Positions 33,230 through 42,849 of a DNA stretch of 64,000 nucleotides are shown one piece after another (position 1 is the first letter of the stretch; each line of letters opens with the position of its first letter). The DNA comes from Tortispora ganteri (Eukaryota). The position numbers and the translations under genes were made by a program. The stretch covers positions 62,001-126,000 of the forward strand of contig PPNB01000012.1 of NCBI GenBank assembly GCA_003707115.1, in the 5' to 3' direction. Below the pieces are notes generated by a model. The model saw nothing but the letters and a program-made list of their open reading frames with translations, was not told where the DNA came from and ran no database searches.

Positions 33230-33459
33230 GACTGTGAAAGACAAGCAGTACCCAGCAAGATATATAAATATCTATGCAATAACAGTAGTTGTATGTGCTT
33301 GCAAGAAATCGACCTGCTCGGTCAGTGCAAACAGTTCTTCAGTAAACGATGTTACCATAGCAACAAAATCTCATTATTTTTCGGCACACTCGAGGACCAG
33401 AACAGAACGCAACCCGAACGAAACTTCGCGGCATAAATTTCATCTGAGTTTACTGCGAA

Positions 33460-33978
33460 ATGATAGCTTTAAGAGCGGCCGCCAGATTACGTATAGCCGG
33501 TGTTTATAGAAATGTTAGCGCCAGGACTGTTACAGTTTTGCCTAGTCTTGTGAGGATGAACTCCAGCGAAGCCAGTATTTCGCCTAAGATCGATGCACTT
33601 GTGAACGATATTTCGCAGTTGACGCTGCTAGAAACCGCTGAACTCGTTTCTGCGCTGAAAGAGAAGCTGAATATTGCTGATATAGCTATGCCTGTTGCAG
33701 CTGCTCCGGCTGCTGCACCTGGACCTGCAGCTGCTGCTGAAGAAGAGCCTGCTGAAGAAGAAAAATCACTTTTTGCTCTTAAACTAGAGTCTTTTGAAGC
33801 TGCGTCAAAATCAAAGGTTATCAAGGAAGTCAAAGCACTACTTGGACTCTCTTTGGTAGATTCGAAGAAATTTGTAGAAAGCGCACCAAAAGTCATCAAG
33901 GACCAGCTCAACAAGGAGGATGCTGAGAAGCTCAAGAGTACTTTTGAAGGTATCGGAGCCAAGGTTGTTCTTGAATAA
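33460..33978 (+). CDS. MNP1: Mitochondrial ribosomal protein bL12m
   Basis: Arg-rich presequence, ISQLTLLETAELV, Ala-rich hinge, KVIKEVKALLGLSLVDSKKFVESAPK. Confidence 0.95.
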   Translation: MIALRAAARLRIAGVYRNVSARTVTVLPSLVRMNSSEASISPKIDALVNDISQLTLLETAELVSALKEKLNIADIAMPVAAAPAAAPGPAAAAEEEPAEEEKSLFALKLESFEAASKSKVIKEVKALLGLSLVDSKKFVESAPKVIKDQLNKEDAEKLKSTFEGIGAKVVLE

Positions 33979-34038
33979 GTCTCTGCAATGTATATAACGA
34001 CTTCTTCCAAACATATTTCCTGAGAGCTGAAATGTAGT

Positions 34039-34746
34039 TTAAAGACTCGTAGAAGCCGCGTAGATTCTTGCCTGTTGTTTCATGCTGATACGATGTTTCT
34101 GGGTCAAAGGCAGAGTAGAAGTCCATTCCTGTTCGAAATCGTCCTCGATCGTGTTGTTCTCTATCTGCCATATCTGTTCTTTGAGCCTTTTATGTCTTTC
34201 GCGGTCTTGTTCCATCCGTGCGAGTATATCTTTGCGGGACATACCTTCTTGAAGGGTTTGACTCTGCTGCGTTTTCTCGCTGAGCTCATTAAGTAACGCA
34301 TCGAGACTGGTTGTATCGCTCAAAAGACCCAGTGGTTTAATTGATTCAACTACTCTACGTGCAGATTCGAGATTCGTCAGTCCTCCGCGTTCTGGCACAC
34401 ATAATTGAATGACCTTTTGGAAATCTTGTGCTACTAGCCGCTTGTATGTACCACCTACCGTGTTTTCGCCGCCTCTAGCTTTTGCGACAACCGCAGCAAG
34501 TGATTCAATAAAAAACAAAATATTTGCCTTCACATTAATTGATGCTTGCTCCAGTTGTTCGATAATACAGCTCCATAGATCTTCGGCCACCACATCGTCT
34601 ACTTCTTCATCCTCAGGATTCAAGTTTCCTGGCTCGATAGCTGAAGCTTTCATAAGAAACTCGCCTACTCTACGTGCAGTTGCGCTTGATGGATCCATTC
34701 GTTGAATCATCTTTACAAATTTCAATCGCGCTTCAAAAGGATCCAT
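34039..34746 (-). CDS. CTK3: CTD kinase I gamma subunit
   Basis: MDPFEARLKF, EDLWSCIIEQL, ANILFFIE, ILARMEQDRERHKRLKEQIW, F..EW. Confidence 0.92.
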   Translation of the reverse strand: MDPFEARLKFVKMIQRMDPSSATARRVGEFLMKASAIEPGNLNPEDEEVDDVVAEDLWSCIIEQLEQASINVKANILFFIESLAAVVAKARGGENTVGGTYKRLVAQDFQKVIQLCVPERGGLTNLESARRVVESIKPLGLLSDTTSLDALLNELSEKTQQSQTLQEGMSRKDILARMEQDRERHKRLKEQIWQIENNTIEDDFEQEWTSTLPLTQKHRISMKQQARIYAASTSL

Positions 34747-34791
34747 TGATAATTCCCGATCCTTAGCTGTCTGTTGCTAGAAGGGTTTACA

Positions 34792-34831
34792 GTTGATGCG
34801 TTGATGCGTTGATGCGTGGATGCGTTGATGC
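34792..34831. repeat. Tandem 8-mer (GTTGATGC)x5 with one variant unit GTGGATGC
   Basis: Read directly: GTTGATGC GTTGATGC GTTGATGC GTGGATGC GTTGATGC. Confidence 0.95.
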
Positions 34832-34960
34832 GCCTCTATTGCCTAACTGGTCAACCCTTATTAAAATTAATACCTATCTATTCCTGTATAATATCTTTTT
34901 TTTTCATATATTAAAAAAAAGTAGTTAGATCTGTCACATCGCGGTGTACGATCTGTAACA

Positions 34961-36805
34961 CTACCTGTCCATCGTAAACCCAATATGATCTCGATTATCG
35001 TCTAACAGCCTAGCAAACTCCAGTAGCAGTAGAAGTATATATACATCGACATCTTCATTCCGTAAAACCATTTCAGCGTGTTTACGCCCATTCAGCGCTA
35101 TACGCTCAGCCAGCCCTTGGTGAGGCTCAATCACTCCTTCCAGTCCCGAAAAGTACGTCAGTAGCTTCTTAGCATCAGCAATACCAACATCAAGCGGAAC
35201 ATAATGCAACCACGGTATTAGTCGTGAATCATGCCATTCGCGAAATATAGTCGCCTTGAAAGGCAAACTTTTGCTTTCTAGAAATGACTTGAACCTCGCA
35301 GAATGCGCATGTCCGTCAACGTCAATAAGGTACTTTCTTTTGAATTGGTCTGAGCTCGGTATACCCTCCAGCACGTCGTAGTATGGTTCCAAAATCTCTC
35401 CGCCTGGTAAGTTCAAGCTCGTTAGTCCAATATTGCTATGCTTTTGTAAGTATTCAGTCAGATCAACCTCGCATTCTTCGTACACTTTGCTCCCTGCAGC
35501 GTTTATCCGCTCGCAAAATACAGTGTCAGGTATTCGGTCCGTATACGTTGCATTGAATGAATCAATCATGCGAAGCCTGTGCAGCGTCCGGAAATTACTT
35601 TTCTGCACAAACCCACCAGTTAGAACTCCTCTCCAAACAATTTCGTCCATCTTGTGGTTCCAATCCAAATCATGCGTTTCGTCATAGCCGTACGAACCCT
35701 GACCGAGACGATACTTGTCGCCAGGCAGGAGAATGTCATTGTTTAAACTCGTTTTTGAAGTAGAGAACGCAGGAGCCATTTTTTCTATCTTTTGGAAAAA
35801 TGAAGGCGATGATAAAAACCCGTGCTTGTCGCGCAGAAGTGGGCCCACAGTACACAGGTCACTCGCAATAGTTATATTCTTGACCAACCCGTTTTCTTTG
35901 TACAACGCTTCAATTTTTGAGAAATCTATGTCTTCGTCTAGCCACTGTTTCAAGAGCGAGTCGCTAGGACATGAAATATGAGCGTGCGAGAAAGTGTCCA
36001 CGCTTGTAAGGTCCACAATACTATACTCTTCTTTCTCCGAAAAATCTGAGGCTACTATGCTGTGCGAGTAAGAGTTTAGCAGACCTTCATTAGAAGCACT
36101 CAATGCGTGCTCATCTGCAATGTTTTCGAGTTTCCTGCGTAGCTTGTAGGGAACCATTATGCGTGGCTCGTCCCGGGAATTGACAATGATATCCATGTTG
36201 GGCAGATATCGAGCTATATTGTTAATGATACGTTTGACGTCGGTTATACGGTAGCCTTCAGAAGTCGAGGTCGCCTCACCATTGCGAATTGTTATAAGAT
36301 GGAAGTCTGGCATATCTTTGAGTCCATTTATACCAGCCCTAATTTTGGCAGCGGGCATTCCCCAGTACGGTTTGAGATCTTCGTATATGCGATCGAAATG
36401 ATCAAAATCAACACATCCATGCGATAAAGCGTAATCAAACCAAACGTCAAACCCAGGAGGTGGAGCCCGCTTGTGTTCCTTACGGTACTTCTGTACATAG
36501 TCTTTAAGCGTGTACCGTCTGTACTGAGGCTGGTGGTGCAGATACGCATCGAGGTAAAGCTGCGCAACTGGATCAGCTAGGCTAATGTCGTCACCTAAAA
36601 TTTGTACTATATGTTTGTCGAATTCTTCTGCAGAATTTGCATTGACATCTGGATATGCTCGCGTGTCCTTTAGCTTCGGTGATCTGGGCGTGTACAGCGA
36701 GCTTTCAAGCAAGATTAGACAGACAACTGCCACAGCAATGCCCAGATACAACTGAAGCTTGTAATCAGTCCGCAGCTTCCGTATGACGCGAGACAAGTGC
36801 CACAT
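34961..36805 (-). CDS. GT90 glycosyltransferase (Cap10/Cxt1-like, putative xylosyltransferase), type II membrane protein
   Basis: N-terminal TM, Y...H.RAPPPGFD.W, I.EDL.P.W, N.RDEPR, WRG..TGG, KYLIDVDG..S.RF, KATIFREWHDSRLIPWLHYVP, LLLEFARL.DDNR. Confidence 0.9.
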   Translation of the reverse strand: MWHLSRVIRKLRTDYKLQLYLGIAVAVVCLILLESSLYTPRSPKLKDTRAYPDVNANSAEEFDKHIVQILGDDISLADPVAQLYLDAYLHHQPQYRRYTLKDYVQKYRKEHKRAPPPGFDVWFDYALSHGCVDFDHFDRIYEDLKPYWGMPAAKIRAGINGLKDMPDFHLITIRNGEATSTSEGYRITDVKRIINNIARYLPNMDIIVNSRDEPRIMVPYKLRRKLENIADEHALSASNEGLLNSYSHSIVASDFSEKEEYSIVDLTSVDTFSHAHISCPSDSLLKQWLDEDIDFSKIEALYKENGLVKNITIASDLCTVGPLLRDKHGFLSSPSFFQKIEKMAPAFSTSKTSLNNDILLPGDKYRLGQGSYGYDETHDLDWNHKMDEIVWRGVLTGGFVQKSNFRTLHRLRMIDSFNATYTDRIPDTVFCERINAAGSKVYEECEVDLTEYLQKHSNIGLTSLNLPGGEILEPYYDVLEGIPSSDQFKRKYLIDVDGHAHSARFKSFLESKSLPFKATIFREWHDSRLIPWLHYVPLDVGIADAKKLLTYFSGLEGVIEPHQGLAERIALNGRKHAEMVLRNEDVDVYILLLLLEFARLLDDNRDHIGFTMDR

Positions 36806-37561
36806 GCCCTGCCAAATGTACCAGAGCGTGTGGTAGAATTAGCTGGTCAAAGTAAAGGAGAAAATGAGTCTAAAATAGATGGCTAGTCAATAAGGTTTAT
36901 TGGGCAAGTTTAAACATATGTCTAAAATGCTCCTCAATATGAAGTCCTAGTCGCGATATTACCACTCGTAGAGGCACAGATATACAGAGTATGTCAATCA
37001 TTTCATCACTTCTCATGTAAGTTCGCAATCATGTATGTACGTAATGACCACGAGAGATCAGTATTGTAGCTGTCATTTGCAACTTGTCTTTGACCGTTGT
37101 AGTTTGTACGGCTAGCTGAATACCGGTGCCGCCCACGCTAAAATCGCCTGCATGTTGCATTCTCGTATTTTCGATCGGTTTGACTGTCTTAATAATTTGT
37201 CCCGAGACCAAACTATGTGCAGAAAGCAGGTCTGTATCAGTTACAATTGCACGCTTTAGTCCGTACATACCTAATCGCATTATCGAGCAATCATTGAATG
37301 TCAGGCCTTTTATGAGCCTATTCATATCTCGTATCAGGTCTATTTCTGCCTATATCAAATTCTGCAGTCACGTAGATTGTCACATGTTGGAGTGACACAT
37401 TCATAGTACATTAGCAGGCCATAAACACGGAAGACGATCCAGGTGCCATACTAGCTGCTAGTGCGCTCCCCGCGGTCATCAGATAACCCTAACTTTTGAC
37501 AGCGCTGTGCACCACTTCCAACAGTTGGCAGCATATACACTTTCTGAGCAAGAAAAAAAAA

Positions 37562-38383
37562 ATGGCGTCAGTGTGTTTCCTTGGATGTGGTAATCTCGGT
37601 ACCGCGATTCTAGTCGGATATCTGAAAGCTACGAGCAGTCGCGGTGCAGTCAGCGCTTGTGTGACAAGTTCCGCCTCCGTGCAACGAATTTTGTCGATTC
37701 TCGAATCATCAGTGCCTATGGAGGCCTCGACCGTCCGAGTAACATGTGATACGCAAGAAATAGAGCAGTGCATTGCGTCATCGCAAATCGTCATTCTCGG
37801 GTGCAAGCCACAGGTGTTGCCAGCTGTAGGCACACAGTTTCGGGCACTATTCACTAAAAGTCATACTGTAGTTTCGCTGCTTGCGGGCGTCAAGCTCGTT
37901 AAACTGTTTGAGACCTTTGGCATTGAGAATATCGTCCGTGCGATGCCAAACACACCTGCTATGGTCGGTGTTGGAATGACTGCTCTGTGTGGCCAGTTCG
38001 GCGTATTCAAGCAAGACATTTTAAAAGTCTTTGAATCCTGCGGCAATGTACTCGAAATCGACGAATCGAAGTTCGACGCTGTTACAGCCGTCTCAGGATC
38101 AGGTCCTGCTTATGTGTATATGTTCATTGAAGCATTAACGGAAGGTGGCGTTCGCATGGGCCTACCATACGCGACCTCCTTGGAACTTGCGTCGCAAACC
38201 GTGCTGGGAGCTGCCACTATGGTCGGAGGAACTCAAAACCCAGGTGTTCTTAAAGCGCAAGTCATGTCACCGGCTGGTACTACAATTGCAGGAGTAGCTA
38301 CATTGGAAGATCATGGGTTCCGCGCCGCTATCATGAACGCGGTCAAGTCCGCGGCTGAACGATCCTCCGAACTTGGCAAGTAA
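37562..38383 (+). CDS. PRO3: Pyrroline-5-carboxylate reductase
   Basis: FLGCGNLG, LGCKPQ, SLLAGV, RAMPNTP, TAVSGSGPAY, SPAGTTIAG. Confidence 0.96.
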   Translation: MASVCFLGCGNLGTAILVGYLKATSSRGAVSACVTSSASVQRILSILESSVPMEASTVRVTCDTQEIEQCIASSQIVILGCKPQVLPAVGTQFRALFTKSHTVVSLLAGVKLVKLFETFGIENIVRAMPNTPAMVGVGMTALCGQFGVFKQDILKVFESCGNVLEIDESKFDAVTAVSGSGPAYVYMFIEALTEGGVRMGLPYATSLELASQTVLGAATMVGGTQNPGVLKAQVMSPAGTTIAGVATLEDHGFRAAIMNAVKSAAERSSELGK

Positions 38384-38905
38384 GGAACCTTCAACACTCT
38401 ACATGACCAAATGATCTCTTTTAAAACATCGCTAAATGTGCTGCGCTTTCAAATTCCATATTATTATATCCCTGTACCCTTAAACTTTACTATATCGGGT
38501 TCCCCACAACGGGAAACATACGCTCTACATGCAGATCTGACGATTTGCTGACCACTGGGAGAGGTGAATTTGCACAAGCTACACAAGCTGCGCGATTCCT
38601 TTCCCATAGCAACGCCGCATATCTCTTTGACTCTTGCTGCTCCCGTTCCCACCTTCCTCCCCTCTTTACTCCTCCGCAGCTGACCTAGAAAGGTATTCTG
38701 CAACACTTTTCTAGCCATACTGTTGATCCTCTGAACTTTTTACGAAGTGCTAGCACACAATTTTGGCTTTTGTTTATCTATAGTGTTTCTTTTTCCCTAA
38801 TTGTGCTTGCATAAGGCACTCTTCACAGTTCTACTATCAGGAACACCCTATAGCTTCTTTCCCCCCCCTTGACTCCATTTACTATCAACTGTTTTTGTTG
38901 ACCAA

Positions 38906-39991
38906 ATGGGTACTCACGGTCTGCATCTTCACCATATTATATCGGGGCATTCTCAGCCTGCCGAACCAGTAGTAACAGCTGCTTCAAGTAGCAATGTCAC
39001 CAAGACCATCACTACTAAGAGTACAGTTAGCTCTGGGAAGTACAACTTGTCCGATTTCAAGATTCTGCGCACTCTCGGTACAGGCTCCTTTGGCCGAGTC
39101 CATCTTGTGCAATCAGTTCATAACCGTCGCTATTATGCTATTAAGGTCCTCAAAAAGGCTCAAGTGGTCAAAATGAAACAGGTTGAGCACACTAACGACG
39201 AAAGACGCATGCTTAAACTCGTTGAGCACCCCTTTCTTATTCGAATGTGGGGTACGTTTCAAGACTCGAAGAATCTTTTCATGGTTATGGACTACATCGA
39301 AGGTGGTGAGCTGTTCTCACTTCTACGCAAATCGCAACGATTCCCCAACCCAGTAGCTAAATTCTACGCTGCAGAAGTTGTAATGGCTCTTGACTATCTT
39401 CACTCAAACAATATCATCTATCGTGACTTGAAGCCTGAAAATATATTGCTTGACAAGACCGGCCATATTAAAATAACTGATTTTGGCTTCGCCAAAGAAG
39501 TGCCTGATGTTACGTACACTCTTTGTGGCACTCCTGATTATATTGCTCCGGAAGTTGTTTCGTCTAAGCCGTATAACAAATCTGTCGACTGGTGGTCTGT
39601 CGGTATTCTAATATACGAAATGCTTGCTGGGTACACTCCATTTTACGATCGCACTCCTCTTAAGACTTACGAGAATATTCTGCAATGTCATGTTCGCTAT
39701 CCCTCATACATTCATCCCGATGCTCGAGATCTACTCGAACACCTTATCACCAAAGACTTGACTCGCCGTTATGGTAATCTAGCTAATGGAAGTGCCGACG
39801 TATACAATCATCCCTGGTTTGCGGAAGTTGTGTGGGAGAAGCTATACTCAAAGACTATAGAAACGCCGTACGAACCTCCAATTGAACCAGGTGTGGGCGA
39901 CAGCTCACTTTTCGATAGATATCCAGAAGAACAACCGGACTATGGTGCTACAGGGCCCGATCCTTATGCCAGCCTCTTCAAAGATTTCTGA
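38906..39991 (+). CDS. TPK2: cAMP-dependent protein kinase catalytic subunit (Tpk)
   Basis: [55 protein letters not shown]-terminal FKDF. Paralogue number uncertain. Confidence 0.93.
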   Translation: MGTHGLHLHHIISGHSQPAEPVVTAASSSNVTKTITTKSTVSSGKYNLSDFKILRTLGTGSFGRVHLVQSVHNRRYYAIKVLKKAQVVKMKQVEHTNDERRMLKLVEHPFLIRMWGTFQDSKNLFMVMDYIEGGELFSLLRKSQRFPNPVAKFYAAEVVMALDYLHSNNIIYRDLKPENILLDKTGHIKITDFGFAKEVPDVTYTLCGTPDYIAPEVVSSKPYNKSVDWWSVGILIYEMLAGYTPFYDRTPLKTYENILQCHVRYPSYIHPDARDLLEHLITKDLTRRYGNLANGSADVYNHPWFAEVVWEKLYSKTIETPYEPPIEPGVGDSSLFDRYPEEQPDYGATGPDPYASLFKDF

Positions 39992-40265
39992 TTTATTACA
40001 TTTCCTTATTTTTATTTCCAGAACTGCCTGTTATTTGTTGACTTTACTTCACTTCAGCTCTTTGCGTTTTATTAGCACTATTTTTGTCTCGAAACTGACC
40101 GTCTTAAAGGCTACCTAAGCCCTTTTCTCTTCAATAATACCGCTTAACTTCATTAACTTCGCTACATCTTCTTTTGTTCTTTCTTACTTGTTCTTCAACG
40201 ACGATAACCTCCACCTTATGTTTCTGGATTAGAATAATCATCATTATCAGTATAGCTGTAGTTGC

Positions 40266-41876
40266 TTAGCTTACTGCCGCCGGTAGATCAACCATTTGGC
40301 GGACAACGCCAGATATAGCGGGAATCGCGCTCAGTATGACTAATTGTGTGCCATAAATAGCGAATGAGAGAGACGCGATTGCGCCTGCACGTGGGAATTT
40401 TGTCAGCATATCCGCGGTGGCGACGGCAGATGAATTGATACCCTGTACGATCCCTCGTAGGAGGTAGTCGTCGTCACGTATATGCAGCCATTTGAACAGT
40501 TTATCGCCTATTAAGACGCCGAGTATACCGGAAAGAATTGCCACGGCAGAACCCGTGACTTCGCTGGCGCCGAGACTAGTGAGCATCGGAAGTGCGAGCG
40601 CAAGTGTGGCTGAGCGTGCGGCCATTGCGAGAGCACGCGTAGAAGAAATGCCGACTTTAAAGCTGATCAGCGGATAAAGGAAGAAACAGGTTATAGCTGA
40701 GACTGTGGTACACAGTAAGAGCAATATAGTGTTGCCGCGCATTCCCGCGCGGTAGTTGAACATAGGTAGGGCTAGTGAGACGATAGATACGCTCATAAGT
40801 GAAGCGAGTATATCGCCAGCGCCGGGCCATGTACCAGCTAGCAGTACAGCCTGTGGGCCTACTAGTGTATTATATGTCCTTCCTGTTCTGTAGCTGCGAA
40901 TAGCCGGAAGAAATTCCTTAGTATTACCGCCCGAAGCGGCCAGGGACACGAGGAATATTCCGAATACGGTGAGCGCAGAAGCGGTCAAGATCGGGTGAAG
41001 GACCTTGTTCCAGGGAGATTTGAGTCGTTTAGCAGCCATGTATGCCAGTACGTTGATAGGTCCATCGATGAACAAAGAATGACCTGTAAACGCGTAGACT
41101 ATAAGACCGATAAGAAAGAAGAGCGACCATATGATGGTGTCCTGGTAGAGTAGCATGTAAGTAGCGAGTTCCTGTGCTGGAGAAGGGATGGCGTCAGCAA
41201 GCGGGAATAGCGTATTTGAGGGGGCAGAAAACATAGCAGTATTCATAGACATGTTTGTGATACTTCGTACAGCAATTTCAGGTTCTGCTACCGGACTCGG
41301 GGTGCGTAAGATTGGATCGTGAGAAATGTCTGGCTGGAAGTGAGACTCCATTGGCTGGAGTTCTTCGTCGAACTGCTCATCAGGCTCGTCGCGACGTTCA
41401 GGGAGCGGTTTGAGAAACGGTATAAGTCTAAGCGCGAGAATTAGGTATGAAAGAATGGCGAACCAGAATAGATAGCCAATAAGGAATACAGCACCGATAG
41501 TAAAGGCTTCAGCGATAGATATGGGTGGAGATAACGGCAAAGTGACGAAAGCTGGCGTGAAACAGAGTCCTATTTCGCGAAGTGGTAAATCTAAAGGTAC
41601 ATTTATAATTTTAAGTACTCTCGAGAGCGATTTCCTGGAGACAGCATTGAGACCAGTGAGCGTTAAGAAAAGAATAAGCATTCCTAGTACTGATGCAGGA
41701 AACCTTATACCTGCAGTATACAACCCTGTATCGACTAATGCAAGTAAAATTAAAACAACTGTAATACTTATAGGTACAATTATATAATTATATAATATTT
41801 TATACCATGAGGTCATTACAGCAATGCCGATGGCCTGAATGGCGTCTTTCATTGTAATCGATCTTAAAAGATCCAT
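40266..41876 (-). CDS. Fused LrgA/CidA-LrgB-like multi-pass transporter (PLGG1-like architecture)
   Basis: LrgA-like FPASVLGML and L.FTPAFV, hydrophilic linker, LrgB-like HPIL, SIVSLALPMF, ARSATLALA, G...G.NSSAVATA; many TM helices. Confidence 0.85.
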   Translation of the reverse strand: MDLLRSITMKDAIQAIGIAVMTSWYKILYNYIIVPISITVVLILLALVDTGLYTAGIRFPASVLGMLILFLTLTGLNAVSRKSLSRVLKIINVPLDLPLREIGLCFTPAFVTLPLSPPISIAEAFTIGAVFLIGYLFWFAILSYLILALRLIPFLKPLPERRDEPDEQFDEELQPMESHFQPDISHDPILRTPSPVAEPEIAVRSITNMSMNTAMFSAPSNTLFPLADAIPSPAQELATYMLLYQDTIIWSLFFLIGLIVYAFTGHSLFIDGPINVLAYMAAKRLKSPWNKVLHPILTASALTVFGIFLVSLAASGGNTKEFLPAIRSYRTGRTYNTLVGPQAVLLAGTWPGAGDILASLMSVSIVSLALPMFNYRAGMRGNTILLLLCTTVSAITCFFLYPLISFKVGISSTRALAMAARSATLALALPMLTSLGASEVTGSAVAILSGILGVLIGDKLFKWLHIRDDDYLLRGIVQGINSSAVATADMLTKFPRAGAIASLSFAIYGTQLVILSAIPAISGVVRQMVDLPAAVS

Positions 41877-41891
41877 CTCATTATCGAAAGC

Positions 41892-42653
41892 TTAATTCTC
41901 AGAGAGCGATTTCAGCCAGCTATACCAAGGCTCTTTCTTGTCACCATGCGTAATCGTTGCTTTAAAAGTTAATCTACTTTTCAATTTTGTGAAATCGAGC
42001 CGTCCGTCTTGTACGAGCGCCGTAAGCTCTTCGAGTACGTTCTGCACTTTCGAGTTCATGTCCTCATCGACGGCCTCGATATTTTGCTGCTTTTCAGTCA
42101 ACAACGAACCGATTTCTTTTTCAAGTTCAGATTTCAGAGTCGCAGGAGGTAATGCAGCAAACTTGTCGCTCTTATTCGCAGTAACTAGGACCTTGTACCC
42201 CTTTTTCGTCATCTCAGCGTACGTCAACACTTCCAGAAGCCCAGATGCACACTCTCGTAACCCTTCAGGTGTCGCCGCCTCAGATGCATCCGTAACATAT
42301 ATTACGGCATATGCGCTCGCCAGTTCAGGCCCAGCTAGAGCATTCAGTTTGCTTGATCCTGGAACGTCTACAAGCTGGTAGTCTAACCACCGTGCTTTAC
42401 CGACCTTCTCAGACATAACTGTGGGGTATACGCGGCCATAGGAAAACAAGCTCAACAAACTGGTCTTGCCTGAAGCTTCTGGACCATACAAAACAATCTT
42501 CTTGAGTCCATCGCCCATGTCTTCTTCCCCAAATGTAATATACATAATAATAATCACAATCGCAAGTCCTATACATGCCGTGATCGGAATAACGTAATAA
42601 GGATTGTAACCAGCATCAGCAATAGTGTCACTGATAGTCATAAGCAACGACAT
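41892..42653 (-). CDS. SRP102: Signal recognition particle receptor beta subunit (Arf-like GTPase)
   Basis: N-terminal TM, GPEASGKT P-loop, PTVMS, DVPG, ANKSD, LE.EI, terminal W..W. Confidence 0.85.
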   Translation of the reverse strand: MSLLMTISDTIADAGYNPYYVIPITACIGLAIVIIIMYITFGEEDMGDGLKKIVLYGPEASGKTSLLSLFSYGRVYPTVMSEKVGKARWLDYQLVDVPGSSKLNALAGPELASAYAVIYVTDASEAATPEGLRECASGLLEVLTYAEMTKKGYKVLVTANKSDKFAALPPATLKSELEKEIGSLLTEKQQNIEAVDEDMNSKVQNVLEELTALVQDGRLDFTKLKSRLTFKATITHGDKKEPWYSWLKSLSEN

Positions 42654-42742
42654 CTTTAATATTTATTCCCTGAACAAAAAAAAAAAATAATAATAAAACT
42701 GGTTATCGGAGTACAAGAGATAATATAGGTCTCGGAGCATTA

Positions 42743-42752
42743 CCTAAATAGG
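42743..42752. promoter_or_regulatory. CArG/Mcm1-type site CCTAAATAGG
   Basis: CC(A/T)6GG with TTA/TAA-like flanks, 90 nt upstream of SRP102; identical 10-mer at 56247-56256. Confidence 0.45.
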
Positions 42753-42849
42753 ATAAAAAGGTTGCTAAAGTTTAATTAACCATGTGCGGCTCGACTATAC
42801 GACAGATATCTACAAACATTCAGCGCTATTCGCGGTGTATTAAAAAAGT

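Noticed and set aside
33504..34010. 168-aa minus-strand ORF
   Set aside because: Antisense shadow of MNP1.
34792..34831. Tandem repeat as a CRISPR array or telomere
   Set aside because: No spacers, eukaryotic context, internal location, only 40 nt.
38464..38718. 84-aa minus-strand ORF upstream of PKA
   Set aside because: Short, no motif; lies in the probable PKA promoter/5'UTR.
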